Of a DNA stretch of 64,000 bases, positions 42,000 to 52,573 are shown in pieces. The notes under the pieces were generated by a model. It was given only the letters and a program-made list of their open reading frames with translations. It did not search any database and was not told where the DNA came from. The DNA is from a virus, in IMG/VR virus record IMGVR_UViG_3300026484_000157, positions 62,270 to 126,269 of that record, one strand, 5' to 3'. Position 1 is the first letter of the stretch. Each line of letters starts with the position of its first letter. The position numbers and the translations under genes were made by a program.

Positions 42000-43162
42000 A
42001 TATTTATGATGATAACATAGGTTATCTTACTAATGAAGTTAGTTCTGTTCCGACTAGTTTGGCTAATGCTAATGAAGAAAATAGAATAAAATTTGTTACA
42101 GATTTAGCAGCAGTATCTAGAGGTAAATCTGAGAGTAATAATCCAGAAAAAAGATATCAGTCGTTACTTAAGGAAGCAGCACCTAAACAAATTGATGGAT
42201 ATAAAGAGAAATCACCATCAAGACCCTTAGAATTCCTGCCAATTGCAATCAACTATACAATTGTGCCATCGGCAACTCCACATATCGCATTAAAGCTGAA
42301 AAATGAAGATCAAAATATCAATCTGATTGATTTTTCAAACAATATAGCTAAATATAGTTATATGAAGGATGGGGTATTATATACAAACATGAGATGTTTG
42401 TTAAATGCAGGGATTCCCTATGATAACATTCCATATAACGATAATATAGAAGGATTCATAGCATTGAAAGCTAAGATCCCAATGTTTGTATGGGCACAAG
42501 TTCCAAATACACACAATGCAATATCTAAGGAAGCTCAATCAGATAGAATGGTCGATATAAACGAATATTGGTTACCAAATGACATATTACAAAGAATTGT
42601 CAATAAACAGTGGAAGATATCTATCGACAAGAAGACAAAACAAGGTGTATTCTTTAGTAAAATGGATATCAGATTATTTGTTAATCAAGAAGCACCAACG
42701 AGAGAAGCCCTTGTCAATTATTTCCTATCAATTGGTCAATCTGATTGTCAAACACTATTCAAAACTTTGGGATACCCTAGAGAAATCTATTCTCGTGCAA
42801 TGTATTATTTCAAGTATAAAGAGGTAGTGACAACTGCATGGATTCAAGATCCTAATACATGGAAGCATTTGCTTGTTGAAAGAAACTCTGTTCAAGATGT
42901 TTCAAAGAATTGGACACAAACAGAAACTAATCAATTTACAAACTCAATCAAATATCTTATTGTTAAAGATTTAGGCATTGAATTGAAATATGAAGCCCAA
43001 AAGTCACCACTGGATGCTCTCATTGGATCTACAATGAGACATGGGAGAAAAAAAGTAACCATAATCAGTGTAAGTTCGTATAAATTCAATGAATTGAGAG
43101 TGTTATACAAGAATGGTGATGAGGACTCGATCCCATTAACCGATTTAACTCAATGGAAATAG
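41990..43162 (+). CDS. thyX: Divergent ThyX-like flavin-dependent thymidylate synthase
   Basis: AAVSRGK, RPLEF, IPMFVWAQVPNTHNAISKEAQSDR versus canonical RHR..S..E.S.R, W..LL..R, Q.E. Confidence 0.6.
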   Translation: MVINIYDDNIGYLTNEVSSVPTSLANANEENRIKFVTDLAAVSRGKSESNNPEKRYQSLLKEAAPKQIDGYKEKSPSRPLEFLPIAINYTIVPSATPHIALKLKNEDQNINLIDFSNNIAKYSYMKDGVLYTNMRCLLNAGIPYDNIPYNDNIEGFIALKAKIPMFVWAQVPNTHNAISKEAQSDRMVDINEYWLPNDILQRIVNKQWKISIDKKTKQGVFFSKMDIRLFVNQEAPTREALVNYFLSIGQSDCQTLFKTLGYPREIYSRAMYYFKYKEVVTTAWIQDPNTWKHLLVERNSVQDVSKNWTQTETNQFTNSIKYLIVKDLGIELKYEAQKSPLDALIGSTMRHGRKKVTIISVSSYKFNELRVLYKNGDEDSIPLTDLTQWK

Positions 43163-43426
43163 TGTTTTAATTTCCATTTTATGACTGATAGGTAATGAGT
43201 TCAGCATCCATTATTTATTTCCACGATAGCATGCTAGTGGCAGTCAATCCGTACTGAACTCACTCGTTTGTTAAGTTCATATATTCCTCCAAGAATTAAG
43301 ATAAAAGATCCCCTAAGCTTCAGCAACTTAGGGTGATTCTTATAAAACTCACTCAAAACAAATCCAGTTAAAACTACAAAAATCTCCTTTTATAAAACAA
43401 TAAGTTCAAAAACAAGGAGAAATAAC

Positions 43427-43891
43427 ATGAACCAAGAACAAAATAACATTTACATCAAAGTAGCATCTTCTCATTTAGATGAAGCACCAGTTTTAACAGC
43501 ACCGATAACAAAAGAGGATAAAGCATTCTTTGTAATAGTATCAGGTAGTCAAGGTACTAAAGTACTAGGTATTCTTACTGAACCAGAAGTTCTTGAAATT
43601 GCTAAAGGTCAGCATAATGCAATTGCTGAGGGTACAAGAGGCACACTAGCTATTCCAGAAGGTACACCATTAGAAGTTGTAAATGCTGATTTGCTTAACA
43701 CTTACACTATGATCCCACTTGAAGGTATGCAACTTCAATCAATTACAAGTCAATTTACTGTTGAAGAGACTGATGCACCTGTTGAACCAGAGACTGAAGA
43801 GTCAGAAGCTAAAGAAGATGATCTTCCATCGGAAGAAGACCATGAAGCACCAGTTGATGACTGTGAATGCGACACAGAGTGTAACTCTTAA
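43427..43891 (+). CDS. Hypothetical acidic protein
   Basis: Conserved promoter with AAGGAGA SD. Confidence 0.6.
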   Translation: MNQEQNNIYIKVASSHLDEAPVLTAPITKEDKAFFVIVSGSQGTKVLGILTEPEVLEIAKGQHNAIAEGTRGTLAIPEGTPLEVVNADLLNTYTMIPLEGMQLQSITSQFTVEETDAPVEPETEESEAKEDDLPSEEDHEAPVDDCECDTECNS

Positions 43892-44023
43892 AAAACACTT
43901 GCTCTGCTCAAATATGAATGCTATGTCAATGGCATTCATATTTTTCAATTAAAAAGAAACCAACATTTTGTTTATTGAGAAGATAGATATCATTTTACTA
44001 AACAAAATTATAAGGAATATGAG

Positions 44024-44620
44024 ATGAGAAACATACACAATCAACTTACTGCACAATACAAGGCATCAATATCGAGAGTTAAAATGTTAGAAGATAAAAT
44101 AGATTCGAATGATGCTGAAATCATAACACTGGACAAGGTTAATGAATTTTTCCAAGAAGTTATTGATTTTAAAACTAGTTCGACAAGAGAATTTATTAAG
44201 AACCTAGTTAATGATGGTCTGTCATTCATATTCAATAATGACCTCCAAATTGATATTGTATCGAGCATAAAAATGAACAAGGTGGTATATTCTATCCAAA
44301 TTATTAATACTGCAGACGGTACTATCGGTACGAAAGAATCATATGGTGGTGGAATTTTAGCAGTAATATCATTTCTATTGAAATTAACAATGCATTTCTT
44401 GTCAAATCAATACAAACTAATGGTGCTTGATGAAACATTGGCATTTGTATCAGAAGATTACCAAGAAAACTTATCAATGTTCCTTAAACAGATATCTGAG
44501 AAATTTGGATATGACATCTTATTGATATCGCATCAACCAAAGCTTAATACTCATGCAAACAAAATATATACAATAGTAAACACTAATGGTATATCTAGTC
44601 TAAGAAATAATAATGACTGA
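44024..44620 (+). CDS. sbcC: SbcC/Rad50 C-terminal half
   Basis: Signature SYGGG, Walker B MVLDE, H-loop ISH; no Walker A. Confidence 0.85.
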   Translation: MRNIHNQLTAQYKASISRVKMLEDKIDSNDAEIITLDKVNEFFQEVIDFKTSSTREFIKNLVNDGLSFIFNNDLQIDIVSSIKMNKVVYSIQIINTADGTIGTKESYGGGILAVISFLLKLTMHFLSNQYKLMVLDETLAFVSEDYQENLSMFLKQISEKFGYDILLISHQPKLNTHANKIYTIVNTNGISSLRNNND

Positions 44621-45206
44621 AGACGAATTATATCAAATAGCAAGAAAGGAATCACCTGAGCTAACTAGTTATCTAGGTAAGAGAAAGCTCAGAGATTCAG
44701 GTGCTATTGGTTATATTAAAAGCACAATTTACAATGATAGAGTTATAACCAATAGTATTTTGCTGTTTACTAGAGATTCTCTTGGCAAAATTGTACAAAT
44801 CGAACAAAGAAGAATGGACAATAATTCATACAACAAAATATATACCGATATGAATGCGATTCCAATATTTAATATTGAGTCGGTACTGTTTGCTGAAACT
44901 ATAATTATAACAGAGTCAATACATGATGCAGAGTCAATAAACCAAAATATATCAGGATGTGTGGCGATATCAACTAATTCTGCATCAGTTAAAATGAAAC
45001 AAATACTTATGCTTTTAGTTATTCTAATAGATAAGAAAGTTTGGATTGCTTTTGATAATGATAGTTCAGGACAAATCAATGCTAAGAGATTACAAGAATT
45101 TCTGCCCAATGCAGAATTATTGGACTATCCTTATAACGATTTAAATGAATTTTTGAAGAAGAATAGAAGCCTTTTTAAATCTTACATACTAGAACAAATA
45201 ATATAA
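44613..45206 (+). CDS. Primase TOPRIM/catalytic domain without zinc-binding domain
   Basis: IITESIHDA, AFDNDSSG, DLNE. Confidence 0.75.
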   Translation: MTEDELYQIARKESPELTSYLGKRKLRDSGAIGYIKSTIYNDRVITNSILLFTRDSLGKIVQIEQRRMDNNSYNKIYTDMNAIPIFNIESVLFAETIIITESIHDAESINQNISGCVAISTNSASVKMKQILMLLVILIDKKVWIAFDNDSSGQINAKRLQEFLPNAELLDYPYNDLNEFLKKNRSLFKSYILEQII

Positions 45207-45218
45207 GGATAAGACTCA

Positions 45219-46112
45219 ATGAACAAGAAAATACCTAACATATCATATTCATCATACTCAATGTACAAACAATGCCCACGAGAATTTTGGTATCAATACA
45301 TGCAAAAAGAAGTTAAGCAAACAGAATCATGTGGTTATTTCTCGTTTATAGGGACAATTTTTCAGTATGTATTTGAAAAGATAACAAATGACAGATTATA
45401 TAGAATATACAGTTATGATGAGTTAGTTAAGATGATTAATTCAGATTTACAAGCTACAATCGATACATGCACTGTTCCATTGGGGCTAGATACAGATAGG
45501 AACATTAAGGGTATAGGATTTTATGATGGCATGGAAGGACAATGGTCGATTGATATTACTAAATATACAAATCAAGATATATTGGATGAGTTTGAAAATG
45601 TATTTCCAAATCTAGAGAAATGGTTGAATAAACCACACAAAATCCTTGATGCAACAGTGTGTGAGCCTTATTACAAAAAAGAATACAAGTCATTGGAAGG
45701 TCGACCTTATAAAATGGTCGGATATATTGACTTTTTAATTAAGAGAAAGAAGTTATCGATCATTGATGGTAAGAGAAACACTTTTGTTACCTACAAGAAG
45801 TCAGACACTGAAAAGAAAAACCCAGAGTTTCCTTTTATTTCTCCGACCCAACTCCACTTTTATATAATTCTTACAAATTCTTTAGACTCTTTTGAGTTCA
45901 TCAGTTTTTGGGATTATACTAAAAATAAGATCATTAGAGTACCAGTTACAAAAGAAGATGTACTCAAAACTAAAGAAGAAATTGACAAAACAGTTGATTT
46001 AATATGGAAAGATGAACAATGGAATAAACATCCATCTCAACAAAATTGTAAATTCTGTTCGTATAAAGAACATTGTCATAAACAAATTGATGAAGAAGGG
46101 ATAGAAATATGA
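45219..46112 (+). CDS. PD-(D/E)XK RecB/Cas4-like exonuclease
   Basis: SYS...Y.QCP, GYID, IIDGK, QL.FY, CKFCSYKEHC. Confidence 0.82.
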   Translation: MNKKIPNISYSSYSMYKQCPREFWYQYMQKEVKQTESCGYFSFIGTIFQYVFEKITNDRLYRIYSYDELVKMINSDLQATIDTCTVPLGLDTDRNIKGIGFYDGMEGQWSIDITKYTNQDILDEFENVFPNLEKWLNKPHKILDATVCEPYYKKEYKSLEGRPYKMVGYIDFLIKRKKLSIIDGKRNTFVTYKKSDTEKKNPEFPFISPTQLHFYIILTNSLDSFEFISFWDYTKNKIIRVPVTKEDVLKTKEEIDKTVDLIWKDEQWNKHPSQQNCKFCSYKEHCHKQIDEEGIEI

Positions 46113-46266
46113 CCATTCATCAAGAAATTAAGCAATTAATAAACACAGGAACATCTAAAAAACTAGCAATCATATCAAAACCATCTTTAAACAAATTGGA
46201 TATGGTGTTAGAAACTCTAAAGAAAGAGAATTTGGAGTTATACAATAAACTTATGGGAGATAACAA

Positions 46267-46572
46267 ATGAGAGTAATAGCAGGGATAATCCCTTTGAAAA
46301 ACAAACGAGTAAAAGCTGAAAAGAAATTAGTGACTATTGACATTAAGGCTACTATGTCAGAGGGGGATATGGCGAATTTCCTTGGAATGCTTGATACTAT
46401 ACAGAATTTAGGTGCTGTTGGTTCATCAAGAACTATTGAATTATGGGTAGATGGTGATGGTGCTTCATCACCTAAATTTGAATATAAGATTAACCCACCA
46501 AGTTTAGTGGAACCAATAATGACAGATGAATCTGCTAATGGCACATTCAGATTTGAAATGGAGGGACAATAA
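46267..46572 (+). CDS. Hypothetical protein with 'VIAGI' leader
   Basis: LG..GSSR....VDGDG core. Confidence 0.6.
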   Translation: MRVIAGIIPLKNKRVKAEKKLVTIDIKATMSEGDMANFLGMLDTIQNLGAVGSSRTIELWVDGDGASSPKFEYKINPPSLVEPIMTDESANGTFRFEMEGQ

Positions 46573-47141
46573 TGGATAATACAATTTTGGTTGACATGGA
46601 CAATACAGCATTTGATTTTACAAAGCAATATGTAAAATATCATAATAAACAAGTTGGTACGACAATAAGACCTATAGATCTTAAGGGTGCAGGTTACAAT
46701 TTCTTCTCAATATTAGGAGTTTCAGAAGAAGGTAAATACAATTATTTAAGATTACCTAAATTTTTTGATTCAATGCCACCAATGGAGGGTGCAGTTGCAA
46801 TATTGAATAAATTACATAAACAAGGTATCAACATAATTTTTACAACTACTGGTGTTGTGCCTGAGGCATATAGTGGCAAAATTAACTGTTTGAAACGATA
46901 TTTTAAATGGTTCAATATGGAAGATCATCTAATCATGATTAAGAACAAGCATTTGTTGAAACCTGCAATCATAATTGATGATAACCCCCATGTAATTAGA
47001 AATTCAAGAGATCATCATCATGTAATTATATTTGATGATGACTGGAATCAGAACATGGAATGTGACTATCGGACTAGAAGTTGGGATGATGCTTTATATC
47101 AACACATTCTAAACACAATAAGGATACAAAATGAGAAATAA
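46572..47141 (+). CDS. 5'(3')-deoxyribonucleotidase (HAD)
   Basis: LVDMDNT, FF..MPP.EGA, K, IIDD.P, WN. Confidence 0.85.
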   Translation: MDNTILVDMDNTAFDFTKQYVKYHNKQVGTTIRPIDLKGAGYNFFSILGVSEEGKYNYLRLPKFFDSMPPMEGAVAILNKLHKQGINIIFTTTGVVPEAYSGKINCLKRYFKWFNMEDHLIMIKNKHLLKPAIIIDDNPHVIRNSRDHHHVIIFDDDWNQNMECDYRTRSWDDALYQHILNTIRIQNEK

Positions 47142-48434
47142 ATTGGATATTGGGGCATCTTTAGCTAAGGCAAAGAGTAGAAAAGCAAGAGCATCTGTTA
47201 AACATACAGCATCATTTGATGATATGTCAAAAGAATTACTTGATGTAGTTAAAAAATATGAGGGTGAGCAAGATAAGATAAACAAAAAAGTTGAACCAAT
47301 TGTTAGTAGACTAAATGAATTTTACCTAAATGACGATATTGCTGAATGTAGTGATGCAAAAGACATTAAGAAGTATGTAAAAGAAGCAAAAGACTTTGGA
47401 TTTGAAGATTATGAAGACGAAGATGAAAAAGATGCAGTAATTTCACTTCTTGACGATGTATACAAAAATGCAGAAGATTTAGCAGAATACTACAATAACC
47501 AAAACAGTGGAATTTCAGGATTAATCATCGGTGTTCAAAATCTTATAAATGATCTAAAGTAAAGGAATTTAAAATGGCAAAAGATAAAATCAAGACTGCA
47601 TCTGTTACAACTGAATTAGTTGATCATTTAGCAGCAGATATGAACGGTAGAGTAGTTGTAGTAGTAGACGGTAAAAAATATGGTATATCTGACACAGTAA
47701 AAACTGGTAGTGGTCTTATCCTAATGGTAGATGAAGATGATGATTTTCCAAAAGCTAAAGATATTATTGATGACATAGAACAATCAACTGGTTTACCTAT
47801 TTTGATTGAAATAAATGGTAAGGCTCTTCCAATCAAATCAATTGAGGGATACAAAAGAGGTATTCAAATCAATGCAAATACTAACACTAGTCTTGCTTAT
47901 ATGAATAAAGCAAAGAAGCTAGAAACTGTTGAAATGGCAGATGCTGAAGGTCTAGTAGTTGGTGAGAAAGATGGAAACCCAGTTACTATTCTAGTTGGTG
48001 ATGATTTAATTGGATCTGCAGAAATTGAGATCAACTGGGGAGAAGACAAATATGAGATCATAATGATTGATGATTTATTTGACGAACTTAAAAAGCTGAC
48101 TTCAATTAGTCTTAGTGGCTCTGAAAAAGATCAAGTTATTACTTTTGTTCAAGATAGATATGGATTTGTTATTGGTAAGAAAATGGATGCTTCAACTCCA
48201 ACTACTGCAACATCATTCACACAAGATAAGCTTGTATCAATTATTCAAGACTGGGTAGGTATGGATGCAGATGAAGATGCTATCGAATCAGTTCTTTGGG
48301 CACTTATGATGATTGATGAAGATTCTGCAGTTTGTCAATATCTTAAAAAGGCTAGATTTGAATATGAAAAAGGTCGTGAAGAGTTTGATATGACTAATAG
48401 TTCAATCATTGCAGGAATTTGCAGTAAAAAGTAA
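47131..48434 (+). CDS. Two acidic hypothetical proteins (47131-47562, 47574-48434), possible internal virion proteins
   Basis: Basic leaders ending HTAS or KTAS followed by acidic domains. Confidence 0.5.
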
Positions 48435-48481
48435 TTAATCAACCCATCTATTGATCCTATAAAAAAACAAAGGATCAATAG

Positions 48482-48954
48482 ATGAAAGCAAAAACAAATT
48501 TAGAAAATAACCTCAACACTGCAATCCAAAAACTCCAACAGATTAAAACTGAAATCTACAATCAACCAATTTTACAATACGAATTGGAACAAATCATCAA
48601 GAATAATACAGTAAAAGAAGCAACTAGACTAATCTTACAGAGATATACATTAATAGAAAATGAAGGAGACAAATAATGGGAATGTTCGATTACACATATC
48701 ATAAATGTCCAGAATGCAAGAGAATTGCAGAGGGTCAATCAAAGGCTTCGGAATGTTCATTAAAAAGGTATTACTTTGGTGATATAAAAGATGAGTTGCC
48801 AGAAGTGGTAAATGAGTTCACATATGAATCTGAAGAATTTTACCCAGCAAATTTTGAAATACTAGCAGAGGCAGAGCGATTTGGTCTTAAGTGTGACCAT
48901 TGTGGATATAAGGCAAATGTGAAGTTACTATCAATAGTGGTGGATATATCATGA
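48482..48954 (+). CDS. Two small hypothetical proteins (48482-48676, 48676-48954 Zn ribbon)
   Basis: SD-led; MGMFD...CPEC...QSK...CDHC. Confidence 0.55.
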
Positions 48955-49379
48955 ACTTCAATCGTGAAATTAAATTTAAAGCATTAGGACATCCTGATAA
49001 ATCATCTAAAAATAGATGGATATATGGCACTAATATCTATGCCAATGAGAACACAGATATGGATATTCATTCATTGGCAGCATACGAAAGACTAATGAGG
49101 GGTAACCATTTAAATGCAAAAACTAGATGTCAGTTCACTAATTGTTTCTCTAAAAATGGCGATGAACTATATGAGGGAGATATCATCTTATGGAATGGTA
49201 TTGTAAACTACATAAAATTGGTAAAAGGAGCATACTCATTGGTAAATAACAAATCGAACAACTATAGATATTTATTTGTGGTTGCAAACAACTGTGAAAT
49301 TATCGGCAATATTCACATTGAAAATAAATACTATAAAGTAACAGACTCTGGTGAGGTAATATTTGGAATTGGATATTAA
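48951..49379 (+). CDS. YopX family protein
   Basis: REIKFKA, QFT...KNG.ELYEGDI, EIIGNIH. Confidence 0.8.
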   Translation: MNFNREIKFKALGHPDKSSKNRWIYGTNIYANENTDMDIHSLAAYERLMRGNHLNAKTRCQFTNCFSKNGDELYEGDIILWNGIVNYIKLVKGAYSLVNNKSNNYRYLFVVANNCEIIGNIHIENKYYKVTDSGEVIFGIGY

Positions 49380-49436
49380 AACTTTTATCATTTGATTTTA
49401 TAAGAACATAACAAATCAAAAATCAAGGATAACAAC

Positions 49437-49727
49437 ATGATATTAGTAATAGACATTAAATCACTGGCAGTTTCTTCAATAGAAGCAATAAATGATAATC
49501 ACATAACAAAGCACAGTCCAATCAAAAGATTGATGAGAATGCATCAAGCAATTAATTTAGACATATTAGAAAATCAAGAATACGATTTCCTGAAAATAAC
49601 AGATATAAATGCCCAAGACTATAATACAGTAAAAGAATTTGTAACAGCTAGATTACAAGAGATTTATTGGAAAAATAGATCGGAAAATGCTTTTAATACA
49701 CTTCTTCAAACAATAGGAGAGCAATAA
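49437..49727 (+). CDS. Hypothetical protein
   Basis: Conserved promoter and leader. Confidence 0.6.
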   Translation: MILVIDIKSLAVSSIEAINDNHITKHSPIKRLMRMHQAINLDILENQEYDFLKITDINAQDYNTVKEFVTARLQEIYWKNRSENAFNTLLQTIGEQ

Positions 49728-49728
49728 A

Positions 49729-50583
49729 ATGATGAATATTACAGATATCTTAAGATTCGCAATACATATAGAGAAACAAGTGTTAAATTTTGATAAATTA
49801 GATACTGATACAGTTGTCGATGAGGATGGCGACATATTAGGAATCTCATTGGTGGATCAAAAAACTGGAATAGTAATAATAGCGATGAGAGCTGATTATA
49901 CAGAAGCGGATAATTTATTCATTGATCCAAACACGAATTATCTCTACATCCCTCTGTTAAATTCAGAAAATGACACCAAAAAGTTTGTATCTTCTGTAAA
50001 AAAGATGCTAAAAGACTACCCAACCTCAATTATTCATGAGGTAACTCATCTTCTTGATAACACTGATGATGCTATCGAATTAGGCACAGATCCATCAGTT
50101 AAGGATATTATGAATAATGAGCATGAAGCAAGAGCAACATTAGTGGAATTGTTAAGTTCAAATTTCAAACCAGTTAGTGGATATACAGCTGAATTTATTG
50201 AAGAGTTTCTTGCTGAAATGAATAATGAAGAATTAGATTATACTGCGACAATGTCATCTAACAAAGATATATTCTATAGATATATGTCTGTCGATGAATA
50301 CAAATGGATAAAGAAAAATAAAAAATTACCAATAGGTCATGCAGGAAATTCAAGATTTTTCACCAAAACATTAGAATTTGCAATACAACATAAGATTGAC
50401 ACTGATAATGGAGATACACAATCTAGAGGCAATAATATGGAAATTATTGCCAAGTTGAAGATTAACAACCCATTAGGAAAGGGTATGATTTGTACATCAA
50501 GAGTGGGTGGCATTTGTAAGTCACTCTTTTTCATGGGTGAGATTCTAGACCAACTCGAGATTGTTAGTATTGAATCGATCTAA
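49729..50583 (+). CDS. Zincin-like (HEVTH) domain plus possible ADP-ribosyltransferase-like domain
   Basis: IIHEVTH...E.EA; FYRYMS..E...FFTKTLEFA. Confidence 0.45.
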   Translation: MMNITDILRFAIHIEKQVLNFDKLDTDTVVDEDGDILGISLVDQKTGIVIIAMRADYTEADNLFIDPNTNYLYIPLLNSENDTKKFVSSVKKMLKDYPTSIIHEVTHLLDNTDDAIELGTDPSVKDIMNNEHEARATLVELLSSNFKPVSGYTAEFIEEFLAEMNNEELDYTATMSSNKDIFYRYMSVDEYKWIKKNKKLPIGHAGNSRFFTKTLEFAIQHKIDTDNGDTQSRGNNMEIIAKLKINNPLGKGMICTSRVGGICKSLFFMGEILDQLEIVSIESI

Positions 50584-50658
50584 ATTCATATATTGATAAC
50601 CAATCAAAGTGTCTTTGGAAACAGGATCATATAATGAGTTTGAAACATCAACTCAAAT

Positions 50659-51613
50659 ATGGAGGAAACAATGAAGACTGAATTAAGAGATATCAAAGAG
50701 AGAATCTCTAAAAACTACAAGGATGAATTTCATAAACTAGCAAATTCATCCGATCAAGAACTGATAGACATCATAAAGCCATTACTTACAACTAGAACGA
50801 GGGCAGTGGTTGGTATTGTATCATACTATAATCAATATAAGAAGTTATCGACATCACAAAGAATTACTCTGATGGAATGGGCAACAGATAAGATAATTAA
50901 AAGATATCATAATGAGGAGTTACAAAACAATATAAAACTCAAAAAGGTATAATATGAAAATAGAAGACATTGAAAGAAAAGATTTATATTGTAAGGTAAT
51001 CAATGATGAACAAACTCACAAGAATTCTAGAACTATAGAATATGAATTTCTCGGTTCAACTGCAAGTATCACATCTAATAAACCTGAGGATCATTTAAAT
51101 AAGAGGAATAGAGCAATTGATTTGATTCCAAATGGTGCAATAATAGTACCAAAGAATCTAATATCATTATTTAATGGTGTGCTTATGGCAGGGATACTGC
51201 AAGATTCAGTATATACAGTATATGGTATATGTGAGGGTGGAATTAGAGGTTATGCTTGTTCTGTATATTATGTACCAACTAAGGAAGAGCTAGATAAAAT
51301 GACACCAAATCAAGCATTATTGGACTCAATACATGGAGAAGAGCCATTCAATCGAGTTTATAATCAAATAATTCCACCAGAGAAGAAATATGGAAGATCT
51401 GGACAGACATTCTTTGAAAGACAAGAAAGTGACCATGAAGATACAATATATTGGTACTGCATTCATGGTGCTTGGGGATTTAATTCTGATCTAGATGGTA
51501 ATGCCATTCCTGAATTAAACGACTATAGAGTTCCAAAGACACTAAAAATTGAAGAATATCTGACAAGAGATGAATTGGACAATTATAAAGATAAATGGGA
51601 ACTTAAATCGTGA
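50659..51613 (+). CDS. Two hypothetical proteins (50659-50952, 50954-51613)
   Basis: Packed ORFs. Confidence 0.5.
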
Positions 51614-52155
51614 TATCACTTATCAACATCAATAAAATCACAAAATATCAACCGATGAAGAATAAAACATCTAAGAATATAAAAAGAACGGATTTTATTG
51701 ATGAGAAGGCAGTCGAGCTAGATAGAGATATTGATTGGTTTTATGAAGAGTTCACGAGATATATGGCAATTATCATTGTGAACAGAATAAAACATTCGGT
51801 ACAAACCCAGACTGTTGGTGGTAAATCAATGAAATCAAAGTATAAACCTCTTTCAAAATCTTATAATAAATCTAAACCAAAAAGAACACAAGGCAAATTT
51901 TGGATAAATTCTGATTATTTGATTAAGAATATCAAAGTATTCAAAAGAGGATCTAGTTGGAATATTGGATATCCTAAGATAATCAGACATCCGAGTGGCA
52001 AAGATGTACCAGCTCATGATATATTGGTCTTCCTTGAAAAAGGTACTAAAAATGGTGTACCAGCCAGACCTTTAATAACCCCAACTCTGAAAATAGTGGC
52101 TAAGAACTTAGATGGCTATTTTTGGCACTGGGTTAAACTAATGAAATTACAATAA
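51610..52155 (+). CDS. Virion morphogenesis / head-tail completion-like protein
   Basis: Basic; KPLSKSY, FLEKGT...PARP motif. Confidence 0.6.
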   Translation: MISLININKITKYQPMKNKTSKNIKRTDFIDEKAVELDRDIDWFYEEFTRYMAIIIVNRIKHSVQTQTVGGKSMKSKYKPLSKSYNKSKPKRTQGKFWINSDYLIKNIKVFKRGSSWNIGYPKIIRHPSGKDVPAHDILVFLEKGTKNGVPARPLITPTLKIVAKNLDGYFWHWVKLMKLQ

Positions 52156-52193
52156 AAGGACAAACAATGAATATCATTGCAGGAATTACAACA
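52155..52193 (+). repeat. 39-bp exact direct repeat (RBS plus MNIIAGITT), second copy at 57299-57337
   Basis: AAAGGACAAACAATGAATATCATTGCAGGAATTACAACA at both sites. Confidence 0.9.
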
Positions 52194-52535
52194 TCAACAG
52201 TAAAGGCTAGTACCCTTTTTGACAAGATCAAGACAATATCAAAAAGAGGTGATGGATGGGATGATGTACATCAATATTTTGATGATATCGATGGCATTGA
52301 AACAGTTGGTAGAGATCAAGGAGATAGTTGGGATAACTATGGTAACGAAACTCCACTAGATTATAAATTTAATCTAGATATTTCTTTTGGGGATGACCTA
52401 AAATATGCAGTAACAAATGATGGTAAAGCATTTGATAAATTGGACAAGTTTCTTGACAAATGTCTTGAATTATCAAAAGACCATGATGAAAACGATGTGT
52501 ACCCAGAACTAACTAAATATGCTAAAAGTCTATAA
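52167..52535 (+). CDS. Acidic protein with MNIIAGITT leader
   Basis: Leader ends VKAS. Confidence 0.65.
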   Translation: MNIIAGITTSTVKASTLFDKIKTISKRGDGWDDVHQYFDDIDGIETVGRDQGDSWDNYGNETPLDYKFNLDISFGDDLKYAVTNDGKAFDKLDKFLDKCLELSKDHDENDVYPELTKYAKSL

Positions 52536-52573
52536 AAGTTAACTCACCAATCCCAACCACTCTAAAAGGTGGT

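Noticed and set aside
43196-43258. Hammerhead or other known ribozyme
   Set aside because: Could not find the CUGANGA/GAAA core or another recognisable consensus by eye; kept only as a generic structured RNA
42579-43952. Alternative-frame + strand ORFs 42579-42827 and 43719-43952
   Set aside because: Nested in or largely overlapping better-supported genes, with no SD or motif
45219-46112. Cas4 as evidence of a CRISPR system
   Set aside because: A solo RecB/Cas4-like nuclease is common in phage replication modules; no repeats nearby
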